From an uncultured Candidatus Saccharibacteria bacterium (GTDB lineage Bacteria > Patescibacteriota > Minisyncoccia > Phycocordibacterales > JACOZG01), in the NCBI GenBank assembly GCA_965230925.1, contig OZ246403.1, forward strand, positions 530,230 through 594,229: a stretch of 64,000 nt of DNA, given 5' to 3'. The position numbers and the translations under genes are program-made. Numbering within the stretch: the first letter of the stretch is position 1; each line of letters opens with the position of its first letter. Positions 36,201 through 44,372 of this stretch are shown here, piece after piece. Below the pieces are notes generated by a model. It made no database searches, had not been told where the DNA came from, and saw nothing but the letters and a program-made list of their open reading frames with translations.

Positions 36201-37641
36201 AAGTTTTGCGGTCGGGAGTTCCCTTTCCCATAGCTACAGTCAGCCAGGAACCTATACTGCTACTCTGACTGTGGCTGATAATTGTGGGCAGGTAGCTACC
36301 AAAGAAATTAAAGTTCACGTTATACCCGTTACTCCTGGGGCCTTCAACCCAATTCTCAAACTTTATAAACTCGAGACAGTAAACCCAATTACCGGTGAAG
36401 AAAACTGGACCGAGCTTGTGGGAAACAATCTCGCGGTGAGCACTGGTGATTTCATCCGCTTCGATTTGCTTTCTAGTACCGGTAGCCTCGGTTTATTTAG
36501 CTGGAGTACCAATGCTGGTGCTGGAGAATCTCAGTCATTCTACGGTGGTCTTGCTAACTTTATCCGTTTCATCGAACCGAGTGATAACAATTCTCCGTAT
36601 CAGTTGAATGTTACTGTCTACTCTGAAGATTTTTCCTCCCAAGTTAATTTCACGAGAACCATTGAAGCAAACAATCTTCTCACTTTCCTGGATGATGGTA
36701 GTCCGATTAACGGAGAAAATTCTTTTGATGTGGCGGTAGATGGTAATTTGGCTTTTACCGCGCACAACAATAGTCTGTTGAGCAAAATCGATATCACCAA
36801 TCTTCCTAATATTCAAGTAGTAAATTCTGTTAGTGCGCCCGGAGGTCAAACAGCCATTGCTGCTTCCAATAACCACGTGTATGTTGGTGCCGGTAATCAG
36901 GGAATATTTATCTACCGTCAAGATGATCTTGATCACCTTACGACCTATAACACTTCTGGTCAGGATGGACAGAGTGTCCGTGATCTTTACGCGAGAGGCA
37001 AGGTTGTTATCGTGGCTGCTGGTAATCCGGGGATCAAGGTGCTTGATATGACTAATCCTGCTCAGCCAAACCTGATTGCGAATATCGACCTCCCTCTGGC
37101 TAATGATAGCGCTTCTCGTTTAGTGGTGACTGGTAGTCGGCTATATGTTTCTAGTGTCAATCGGGTTTATGTCTACGATATTTCTGGCCTTAACTTTAAT
37201 AACCCTCAGCCCTTTACTCTTCAGTTACTAGGGACGCTGGCGATGAATGCTCCTGGAGTTTCTGTGTTTGGGATATATGTTTCTGGAGATATCTTACTCG
37301 TTGATGGCGGTGGAAAAATGTTCCTTTACAGCTTGGTAGATCTCTCAAACATCGTTCAGGTTGGCTACTTTGATCCCGGCATTCAACAGGCGGGCATGTT
37401 TTCTGTTTTTGACGGTCGCGCTTACTTTACGACGGGACCGATTTCTGGCTATGGCACATCAGTCTTTCGCGTTGATGTGGCAAACCCATCTTCCCCACAG
37501 ATTGTAGAAACTCTATCCCCTCAAGTAATTTCTGGGACGTTAAGAAATCCGGTTTTGCATGATGTGGGAGGGGGTCTAGGGAAAGTATTCTTCTACGCGG
37601 CGTCGGAGGATGTGATTGTGGCGATTGATGTTGCCGACTAA
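33292..37641 (+). CDS. Large secreted PKD-repeat protein with C-terminal LVIVD-type propeller (paralog of 29989-33189)
   Basis: Near-identical N-terminus; PKD domains plus W.Q.SGP-type Ig repeats; GQSVRDL, GIKVLDMTNPAQP repeats. Confidence 0.85.
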   Translation: MKIHRRFFVALLLITLLIPTVSRAQTSLDLLRSFLNILQMQLSGAGGGMNAAPRPPIEPPGWFLDEYDANVQLENHTSLSPTPNQDPIAHAGADQTLAPGVTQVTLNGSLSSDSDGQIVSYVWRRGSSVVGLSVNPTISSLAVGTHTITLTVIDDDGARDTDSVNITITAAPDPCLNNQAPTAVLQGPATGEINQNLLFSGFLSTDPETELGSLQYRFTFGDGVVSEWQSATADIFHHYTAAGIYTVSLEVRDSCGAIDVSEPRQVDIAPNQAPVADAGPDQVADAGSLVSFYGNNSYDPDLWGAITEYHWDFGDGASMNGQSAFHVYSTPAIYTATLTVTDDGGAIDNDTALITVSVSNPCANNNPPTASAGLDQTINEDTSVFFAGSGTDTDGTITSYVWDFGDGDTGNGATPTHVYTTPGSYFATLTVTDNCGATSSDQATVTVTSSAPAQVPPRVNAGVDQSNLSFPTTVSLTGSVVGFPAGYSVVWTKVAGPGTVNFSNGSGLQTNATFSAAGLYTLKLTATSGSLTRSDTVQIVFNQTVSVNAGPDRILNLSTSNHQGSITLDASVTASDPAPLSYSWSQVSGPSQLSITDNQIADIAISSTKAGTYVLRLLVSGPGVIPVQDTMTLFVRDLEAGETKTVVWPATATLSGVATNFPTDTTYQWSQQSGPANGAVFSPPNSLSTTVSFPSQPSASGDIYQLRLTATPPGESPIIDTVQVNVNPTGSLGVNAGPDQLNLVFTSPSATINLTGTAVNVPSGTAYKWTRTSGPAAGVVFSPSDTVLSPTVTLTQAGNYTFQLKATPPAGVQMIDSVNITFNLNPTNVLAEASPHYLTWPNDSTSLNTHFSDSNPGVVNAAWTQYSGPTGGNTTFANENAFDTTATFNQTGQFGLRVVLNDGLAFSPQDEISVNVYPACDANNQPPVASGSYDQWAQVNHPVPLSGSAPIASSDSDGLIASHYWDFGDGSFAVGSSLSHSYSQPGTYTATLTVADNCGQVATKEIKVHVIPVTPGAFNPILKLYKLETVNPITGEENWTELVGNNLAVSTGDFIRFDLLSSTGSLGLFSWSTNAGAGESQSFYGGLANFIRFIEPSDNNSPYQLNVTVYSEDFSSQVNFTRTIEANNLLTFLDDGSPINGENSFDVAVDGNLAFTAHNNSLLSKIDITNLPNIQVVNSVSAPGGQTAIAASNNHVYVGAGNQGIFIYRQDDLDHLTTYNTSGQDGQSVRDLYARGKVVIVAAGNPGIKVLDMTNPAQPNLIANIDLPLANDSASRLVVTGSRLYVSSVNRVYVYDISGLNFNNPQPFTLQLLGTLAMNAPGVSVFGIYVSGDILLVDGGGKMFLYSLVDLSNIVQVGYFDPGIQQAGMFSVFDGRAYFTTGPISGYGTSVFRVDVANPSSPQIVETLSPQVISGTLRNPVLHDVGGGLGKVFFYAASEDVIVAIDVAD

Positions 37642-37675
37642 GTAAATTTCTTCTCCAGTTTTGGTTATCAACAGC
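37628..37675 (+). repeat. 48-bp direct repeat, copy 2 (includes the gene's stop codon)
   Basis: Identical to 33204-33251. Confidence 0.9.
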
Positions 37676-37743
37676 TTTTGTAGGTTATCATTAGTGGTGA
37701 GAGTAAAATATCTCCGTTATTAGTTAATTTTTATCAAAAATCT

Positions 37744-40074
37744 ATGGCCGGAGCCCAAAAAATTGCCAAAATTGCCAAAAATTCACTGAAAAGCGTGAAA
37801 AAGCGTGATGGAACAACAGTTCCGTTCGAAGAAGAGCGAATTGTGGTGGCGGTGGGCAAGGCGATGAAGGCTTCTGGCGAGGGCACCGAGGCGCAGGCTG
37901 CACAAGTGGCTAAGTCGGTGACTAAGGATCTTACGGCTCTGGTTAAGGAAATGGGGGCGGGCTTTATTCCGTCTGTGGAGGGGGTGCAAGATTTGGTGGA
38001 GAAGCAGCTCATTCTCCATAATTTGGTAAAAACTTCTAAGGCCTACATTCTCTATCGTCAGCGTCGCACCGATTTGCGTCAACAGATCGGCGAAGTGCCC
38101 AAAGAGGTAAGGGAACTGGTCACCGAGAGTAAGAAATATTTCCGCAATCAACTTTCCGAGTTTGTTTATTACACCACTTACTCCCGTTGGCTTGATGATA
38201 AGAATCGTCGCGAGACTTGGCTTGAGACGGTAGGTCGTTACTTGAGTTTTATGAAGGAGAATTTGGGGGACAAGTTGAAAGATAAGGAATATGCCGAGAT
38301 TCGCGAGTATATGCTGGCGATGAAAGCTCTTGGTTCGATGCGCCTTTTGCAGTTCTCGGGTAAGCCGGCAGCGCGAGATAATGTGGCCGCTTACAATTGC
38401 GCTTACACCGCCCCTTCAAGTTGGCAAGACTTTGGCGAGATTGTATATATTCTCATGCGCGGGACGGGGATTGGCTTCTCGGTGGAGGAGCAAAATATTG
38501 GTGTACTCCCCATGATTAAACGTCAGACAGGAGAGAAGGCTACCACCCATGTGATCCCCGATAGCGCCGAAGGTTGGGCAGACTCTCTGGTGCATGGGAT
38601 GAAGACTTGGGCGGCGGGGAAGGATGTTATTTTTGATTACTCGGAGTTGCGACCGCGCGGGGCACGACTCAAGACTATGGGCGGCCGCTCATCGGGGCCG
38701 GATCCACTGCGTAATTTGCTTAACTTTACTCGGGAGCGGATGCTGGCGCGCCAGGGTCGCCGCCTTAAGACTATTGATGCTCACGATATTATTTGCAAGA
38801 TCGGCGAGGTGGTGGTGGCGGGTGGGGTGCGCCGCTCGGCCCTGATCTCGCTCTCTGGTCTCGACGATGTGGAAATGCGCGAGGCCAAGAATGGCCAATT
38901 TTATCTCACGAATCCCGAGCGTTCGATGGCCAACAATTCGGTGTCTTACAATGAGAAGCCGACGATGCCGCAATTTTTGGATGAGTGGGTAAATTTGGCC
39001 AAGGCTGGTTCGGGCGAGCGGGGCATCTTCAATCGTGGTGGACTTAAATCGCAATTGCCGACGCGCCGGTGGAAAGTCTTTGAAAAAGACCTCGACACTT
39101 CGGGGACTAATCCTTGCGGCGAGATTGTGCTCAAGTCGAAGCAATTTTGTAATCTCTCGGAAGTGGTGGCGCGACCAGAAGATACGGAAGAAAGTTTGAT
39201 GGAAAAGGTGCGCATCGCGACTATTCTCGGTACTTATCAAGCGACCTTAACTCACTTCCCATATCTTTCTAAGGCTTGGAAGGAACACTGTGAGGAAGAG
39301 GCCTTGCTTGGTGTCTCGATTACCGGTCAATGGGATGCACCAGTGCTCCGCTCGCCAGCGGTGTTTCGGAAACTTAAAGAAGTGGCAATTGAGACCAATC
39401 GCAAATATGCCGAGCGTTTTGGTGTCAATCGCTCAACTTGTATTACGACAGTAAAGCCGTCGGGGAATGGTTCCCAACTTTTCGATTCATCTTCTGGGAT
39501 GCATCCGCGTCATGCGCCGTATTACATTCGTCGCGTGCGCATTGAGGGCCATAATCCCATTTTCCACATGCTTAAAGATATGGGTGTGCCCTATCATCCG
39601 GAAGTGGGTCAAGACCCCACGACTGCCACTACCTTTGTCCTCGAATTTCCTATTCATGCGCCGAAGAGTAAGGTGTATAAAGATGGCCTTACCGCTATTG
39701 AGCAACTCGAATATTGGAAAATGGTGAAAGAGAATTACACCGAACATAATCCTTCTACTACGATTTCCGTGAGTGAGGACGAGTGGCTTAAGGTGGGGAA
39801 TTGGGTTTATGAGAATTGGGAAATGATTGGTGGACTCTCCTTCCTCCCGCGCTCCAACCACGTCTATCGCCTCGCGCCGTATGAAGAAATTACCGCCGAG
39901 CAATATGAAGAACTGGTGTCCAAGTTCCCAGCCATCGATTTCTCTAAGCTCGTGCTCTACGAGAAAGAAGATGAGACAACAGTAAAGAAAGAACTTGCCT
40001 GCGTCGCCGGCGTCTGCGAAATTGATCTCCCGACAGCAGAAGCGTTGCCTACGAGCTCAAGTTCGAAATCTTAA
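37744..40074 (+). CDS. nrdJ: Class II (adenosylcobalamin-dependent) ribonucleotide reductase with ATP-cone
   Basis: VKKRDG ATP-cone; YNCAY, GGVRRSA, GTNPCGEI, TVKPSG, C-terminal ACVAGVCE. Confidence 0.92.
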   Translation: MAGAQKIAKIAKNSLKSVKKRDGTTVPFEEERIVVAVGKAMKASGEGTEAQAAQVAKSVTKDLTALVKEMGAGFIPSVEGVQDLVEKQLILHNLVKTSKAYILYRQRRTDLRQQIGEVPKEVRELVTESKKYFRNQLSEFVYYTTYSRWLDDKNRRETWLETVGRYLSFMKENLGDKLKDKEYAEIREYMLAMKALGSMRLLQFSGKPAARDNVAAYNCAYTAPSSWQDFGEIVYILMRGTGIGFSVEEQNIGVLPMIKRQTGEKATTHVIPDSAEGWADSLVHGMKTWAAGKDVIFDYSELRPRGARLKTMGGRSSGPDPLRNLLNFTRERMLARQGRRLKTIDAHDIICKIGEVVVAGGVRRSALISLSGLDDVEMREAKNGQFYLTNPERSMANNSVSYNEKPTMPQFLDEWVNLAKAGSGERGIFNRGGLKSQLPTRRWKVFEKDLDTSGTNPCGEIVLKSKQFCNLSEVVARPEDTEESLMEKVRIATILGTYQATLTHFPYLSKAWKEHCEEEALLGVSITGQWDAPVLRSPAVFRKLKEVAIETNRKYAERFGVNRSTCITTVKPSGNGSQLFDSSSGMHPRHAPYYIRRVRIEGHNPIFHMLKDMGVPYHPEVGQDPTTATTFVLEFPIHAPKSKVYKDGLTAIEQLEYWKMVKENYTEHNPSTTISVSEDEWLKVGNWVYENWEMIGGLSFLPRSNHVYRLAPYEEITAEQYEELVSKFPAIDFSKLVLYEKEDETTVKKELACVAGVCEIDLPTAEALPTSSSSKS

Positions 40075-40110
40075 CCCTTTACTTCTGTTGTTTTGTTTGG
40101 TAAAGTAACG

Positions 40111-40467
40111 AAGCTTGGTGCTGAGTGATTGCTCGCCAAAAGCCCTTACAGGGCATTTAGGCGGGAGGAAAGTCCGAACACTGCGAATGATCTTTTGATC
40201 AGGGAAGGGTAGAAGGTAATTCCTTTCCGTCGTGAGACGGAGATGCGAACAGAAACGCCAAAGCCGAAAGGCAGAGGGTTCCCTCGTGGAATAGTTTTGC
40301 CGCAAGGCAAGAATGAAACGGCTAAACTCTTACCTCAGTGCAAGGTCGTGCTCCGACGTTCAAACTGAAAGGTTTGAAGTTGGAGAGTGCCGCTTGATCC
40401 GTCGGGTGACCGACGAGACAGATAAATAATCACACAGAACAGAATTCGGCTTACGGGCACCAAGTTT
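40111..40467 (+). ncRNA. rnpB: RNase P RNA
   Basis: GAGGAAAGTCCG and ACAGAATTCGGCTTA (P4), GAAACGGCTAAACTC, P1 pairing AAGCTTGGTG / CACCAAGTTT. Confidence 0.93.
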
Positions 40468-40468
40468 A

Positions 40469-40525
40469 CCCCGACGTAACGTCGGGGCAGGAATCAAAAA
40501 TTCTCCCTTTGCGGGGGAATTTTTG
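40469..40525. terminator. Palindrome plus terminator downstream of rnpB
   Basis: CCCCGACGT-A-ACGTCGGGG, then CAAAAATTCTCCC...GGGGGAATTTTTG. Confidence 0.65.
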
Positions 40526-40544
40526 TGTTATGATTATTGGCGCC

Positions 40545-42692
40545 ATGGCAGTTGCTAAAGCAAAGAAGGTTAAAGTTTTTCCATTCGATCTCATTGTGTC
40601 GTGGCTTGTCTTCGCGTTGCCGCTCGTTGCGCTCATTTTTTTCTTACCGCTTGGTTTACCCCTCGAGTTTAGCAAGCAGGTAATAGTTGCGGTGCTTGTT
40701 TGCCTTGGTTTTGGTCTTTTTTTTCTCGCTCGGTTGCAAGACCAAACTTTCTCTTTCCCTGGGTATCCTCTTTTGCTTGCTTTTTTTTCCGTGGTTCTTG
40801 TTTCTGCTCTTTCTGGTCTTTTTTCTTCAGCCCGCCTTCCTGCCCTTTTTGGTTTGGGTGGAGAAACTTCTACCACGATTACTTTCGCTTTTGGTTTAGT
40901 GATTACTTTTCTTACCAGTCTTTATCTTAGAGATAAGACGCGGATTTTTTGGCTTATGCTTGGTTTGCTGATTGGTTTTCTTCTTGTTTTTCTGACTCAG
41001 ATTGTTCAGTTGATCACTAGTTGGAATTTTGTCTGGATCGGTTTTTCTTATGATGCGGCCGTATTTGCTGGTTTGGCGGCCGTGCTTTCTCTCTCGGCGC
41101 TGGAACTCTGGCCACTTAAGACTTCACCCTGGCGCTGGTTTATGGTTGTTGCCCTGGTACTTTCCCTTGCATACCTTGCCCTCGCCAATCTTGTGCCCTT
41201 GTGGTTTCTGATCACGCTCGTGTCACTCATTTTGCTTGTTTATCAATTGGTGGTTTCTTCGTCATGGACGTATGGCGTTTTGCGCCCATCGTTTTTTGTC
41301 CTCGTTGTCTCTCTGCTCTTTTTTCCACTTCTTGCCTCTCATACTAATTTACTCGGTTCAAGTTTGAATTGGGTGGGAGATAAAATTGGTTGGTCGCGGC
41401 CCTTAGAAATTAAATATCCTGCCACTTCCTTGTTTGGTCAATTACCTGAGACGGTTTTGGGTACTGGGCCAAGTACTTTTACTAGAGAGTGGATCAAGGA
41501 ATCACCGACCTTGGTCAATCGCAATGATGACGGAAAGACAATTTTTCCTTGGGGTCTGGGAACTTGGTTGCGCGCTCCGCTTGAGACTGGTTGGCTTGGG
41601 GTGGTGAGCTGGCTTGCTTTTCTTGGTACCCTTTTGTTTTATGGGGCGAAGTTTCTGAACCAACTTTTTGCGGGCAAGCGTGCCCCGGGCTTCTTCCTTA
41701 TTTTTCTCGGTGCGGTGTACTTGTGGTGTCTTAATTTGTTTTATGCGCCAGGTTTTGCCCTTACTGCCTTGACCTTCACTTTCACCGGTCTTGTTGTGGC
41801 TGAGGCAGCCGGTCTCGGCTTTATCCCAAGTCTTAATTACGAAGCGAAAGGGGTTGGCCGAACGATTTTTGTCACCCTTTCGGTTCTTCTTTTGATCGCG
41901 AGTGTTTTGGGAGGATATTTTTTCCTTCAACGATTAGTCGCGCGTTATCATTTCACTCGCGCCTTGGCTTATTCGCAAGAAGCAAATCAAACCGTGGCGG
42001 TGCGGGCTGAACTTGCTCGAGCCATTGAGCTAGAAGAAAATGATTTATATCTCCGGGCCCTTACCGAGTGGGGAACCCTTCGCTTGAATGAATTACTAGC
42101 AAGTAGTGGTTTGCCAGCCGAGACTCTTCAGCAAGAGGCGAGCGCGGCCATTACCACTGCCACCACGGCGGGTCAGCAAGCTCTCGCTTATCGAGAAAGT
42201 GCTGAAAATTGGTTTACCCTCGGCTCTTTTTATGAGCGGCTTATCCCACTTGAGATTAATGGAGCTTCCGCAGAAGCGATGAAGGCTTATCAAGCGGCTC
42301 AAGCCTTGAGTCCTTACGACCCAGTAATTCGCCAGGCTGAGTCTCGTCTGGCTGAGGCTGCTGGTGACTTAAATCAAGCGGCAGCGCTCGCCGGTGATGT
42401 GGTGCGCTTGGCTCCCACAGACTTTACCGCTTGGTTCCGCTTGGGCGTTCTTGCTTACCGTTTGAATGATATGGAAACTGCTCGTTTAACTCTTGAGCGC
42501 GCGCTTGTCTTGAATCCTGGCTACGCCAATGCCCGCTACTTCCTGGGCCTTACTTACGACAAACTTGGTCTCCGTGACGCGGCCCTTGACCAATTCACAG
42601 CTGTTGAGCAGACTAATCCTGATAACCAAGACGTGAAAGCAATTTTGAACAATTTACGGTCGGGTCAGCCAGCCCTCTCTACCGGCGAGTAG
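40545..42692 (+). CDS. Polytopic membrane protein (O-antigen ligase-like) with C-terminal TPR repeats
   Basis: Many TM segments; LGTGPSTF and ETGWLG Wzy_C-like motifs; NPGYANARYFLGL TPR; next to murJ. Confidence 0.75.
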   Translation: MAVAKAKKVKVFPFDLIVSWLVFALPLVALIFFLPLGLPLEFSKQVIVAVLVCLGFGLFFLARLQDQTFSFPGYPLLLAFFSVVLVSALSGLFSSARLPALFGLGGETSTTITFAFGLVITFLTSLYLRDKTRIFWLMLGLLIGFLLVFLTQIVQLITSWNFVWIGFSYDAAVFAGLAAVLSLSALELWPLKTSPWRWFMVVALVLSLAYLALANLVPLWFLITLVSLILLVYQLVVSSSWTYGVLRPSFFVLVVSLLFFPLLASHTNLLGSSLNWVGDKIGWSRPLEIKYPATSLFGQLPETVLGTGPSTFTREWIKESPTLVNRNDDGKTIFPWGLGTWLRAPLETGWLGVVSWLAFLGTLLFYGAKFLNQLFAGKRAPGFFLIFLGAVYLWCLNLFYAPGFALTALTFTFTGLVVAEAAGLGFIPSLNYEAKGVGRTIFVTLSVLLLIASVLGGYFFLQRLVARYHFTRALAYSQEANQTVAVRAELARAIELEENDLYLRALTEWGTLRLNELLASSGLPAETLQQEASAAITTATTAGQQALAYRESAENWFTLGSFYERLIPLEINGASAEAMKAYQAAQALSPYDPVIRQAESRLAEAAGDLNQAAALAGDVVRLAPTDFTAWFRLGVLAYRLNDMETARLTLERALVLNPGYANARYFLGLTYDKLGLRDAALDQFTAVEQTNPDNQDVKAILNNLRSGQPALSTGE

Positions 42693-42695
42693 GCC

Positions 42696-44372
42696 ATGGT
42701 CCAGGGCGTGATTCGACTGTTTCAGCGGGAGTTTGGCCGCCTTGAAGAGGCGGCGCTTTTGCTTGGTGCCTCGGCCCTGGTCTCTCAGCTCTTAGCTCTT
42801 GTTCGCGACCGGCTACTTGCGGCGCGTTTTGGTGCGGGGGTTGATCTTGATATTTACTATGCCGCGTTTCGCGTCCCAGACCTTATCTACGTCGCGGTGG
42901 CCTCGCTTGTTTCTCTTACGGTGGTCATTCCGGTTTTAGTTACTCATCTCGACCAAGGCAACACGGCTCGAGCGAAGCGTTTTCTCGACAGTCTCTTTAC
43001 AGTTTTTAATATTTTGATGATCGTGGTTATGGCCGTGGCTTTTCTCCTTATGCCCATTATTACTCGGTTTTCAGCGCCGGGTTTTGGTGGCCCGGCAGCG
43101 GAGGAGCTCATTCAACTTTCACGTTTACTCCTACTCTCGCCGCTTTTTCTTGGTCTTTCTAATTTATTTGCAAGTATTACCCAATCGTTTAAGAAATTCT
43201 TTGTCTATGCCTTGAGCCCGGTTTTTTATAATCTTGGGATCATTGTTGGGATTATTTTCTTCACGCCGCAATTTGGTTTGCTTGGTCTTGGTCTTGGTGT
43301 GGCGCTCGGCGCCCTGTTGCATCTTCTGGTTCAAGTGCCGGTGGTAATGAGTTTGGGCCTTACGCCGATTCCTACTTTGCGAATTGCTTGGTCTGAGGTG
43401 AAGCAGACGATGTATTTATCTCTACCAAGAACTCTCGCGCTTTCCGTACACCAATTAGTAATTTTAATCTTGGTGGGACTTGCTTCCCTTATGGCCGCAG
43501 GATCAGTCGCCGTGTTTAACTTTGCCTACAATCTCCAGTCGGTGCCTATTGCGATTGTGGGCCTCAGTTACTCGGTTGCGGCCTTTCCCACTTTAGTCCG
43601 GCAATTTCATAATGGCGACAAGAAAATATTTCTCGAGCAGGTGAGTCGCGCTGTCCGCCAGATTATGTTTTGGTCAATTCCTTTCGCCGTTCTTTTAATT
43701 GTTCTTCGAGCGCAAATTGTTCGGGTCATTCTTGGCGCTGGTGAATTTGATTGGACCGACACGCGTTTAACGGCCGCGGCGGTTGCTGTGTTCTCTCTTT
43801 CTCTCGTAGCTCAGAGTTTGGTCTTGCTCTTTGTTCGCGCTTATTATGCGGCAGGGAAAACGCGTCAACCGCTTATCATCAACTCCCTTTCTTCTCTTCT
43901 TGTTGTGATTTTTGCTGGTCTTTTGGTTTGGTGGTTTAAAGCTGATTCCGCTTTGGCCTCGCCACTCGCTCTTCTCTTGCGTCTAGGTGATGTGCCTGGA
44001 GCCGAAATGGTTATTTTACCCACCGCTTTTTCCCTTGGCCTTTTGATTAACTGGCTGGTTCTCGCACGATTCTTCCGACGCGATTTTGGCCCGCTTGCGG
44101 GGGTGGGCCGCGCCTTTTGGCAAATTGTTGTCGCCAGTTTGGCTGGCGGGGTTGCGAGTTATCTTGTTCTCAATGTTTTAGCTCCCGAGCTCGAGCAAAA
44201 CACTTTCAGTGGAATTTTTACGCAAGGTTTAGTGGCAGGGCTCGTCGGAATTGGCGTAATTGTGTTAGGGTTAAGACTGCTTGGCAACCGAGAGCTTGCT
44301 GATGTCAGCCGCGCCTTTTCTCAGCGTTTTTGGCGGACTAAGGTCATTGCTCCGGAGCCGAGTGAGATGTAA
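42696..44372 (+). CDS. murJ: Lipid II flippase MurJ (MviN)
   Basis: LALVRDRLLAARFGAG, YYAAFRVPD, SPVFYNLGII, RAYYA..TRQP. Confidence 0.92.
   Translation: MVQGVIRLFQREFGRLEEAALLLGASALVSQLLALVRDRLLAARFGAGVDLDIYYAAFRVPDLIYVAVASLVSLTVVIPVLVTHLDQGNTARAKRFLDSLFTVFNILMIVVMAVAFLLMPIITRFSAPGFGGPAAEELIQLSRLLLLSPLFLGLSNLFASITQSFKKFFVYALSPVFYNLGIIVGIIFFTPQFGLLGLGLGVALGALLHLLVQVPVVMSLGLTPIPTLRIAWSEVKQTMYLSLPRTLALSVHQLVILILVGLASLMAAGSVAVFNFAYNLQSVPIAIVGLSYSVAAFPTLVRQFHNGDKKIFLEQVSRAVRQIMFWSIPFAVLLIVLRAQIVRVILGAGEFDWTDTRLTAAAVAVFSLSLVAQSLVLLFVRAYYAAGKTRQPLIINSLSSLLVVIFAGLLVWWFKADSALASPLALLLRLGDVPGAEMVILPTAFSLGLLINWLVLARFFRRDFGPLAGVGRAFWQIVVASLAGGVASYLVLNVLAPELEQNTFSGIFTQGLVAGLVGIGVIVLGLRLLGNRELADVSRAFSQRFWRTKVIAPEPSEM

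Noticed and set aside
37666-37674. DnaA-box-like TTATCAACA upstream of nrdJ (also 33241; TTATCCACT near 17670)
   Set aside because: Isolated one-mismatch boxes with no cluster; cannot be told from chance and do not indicate an origin
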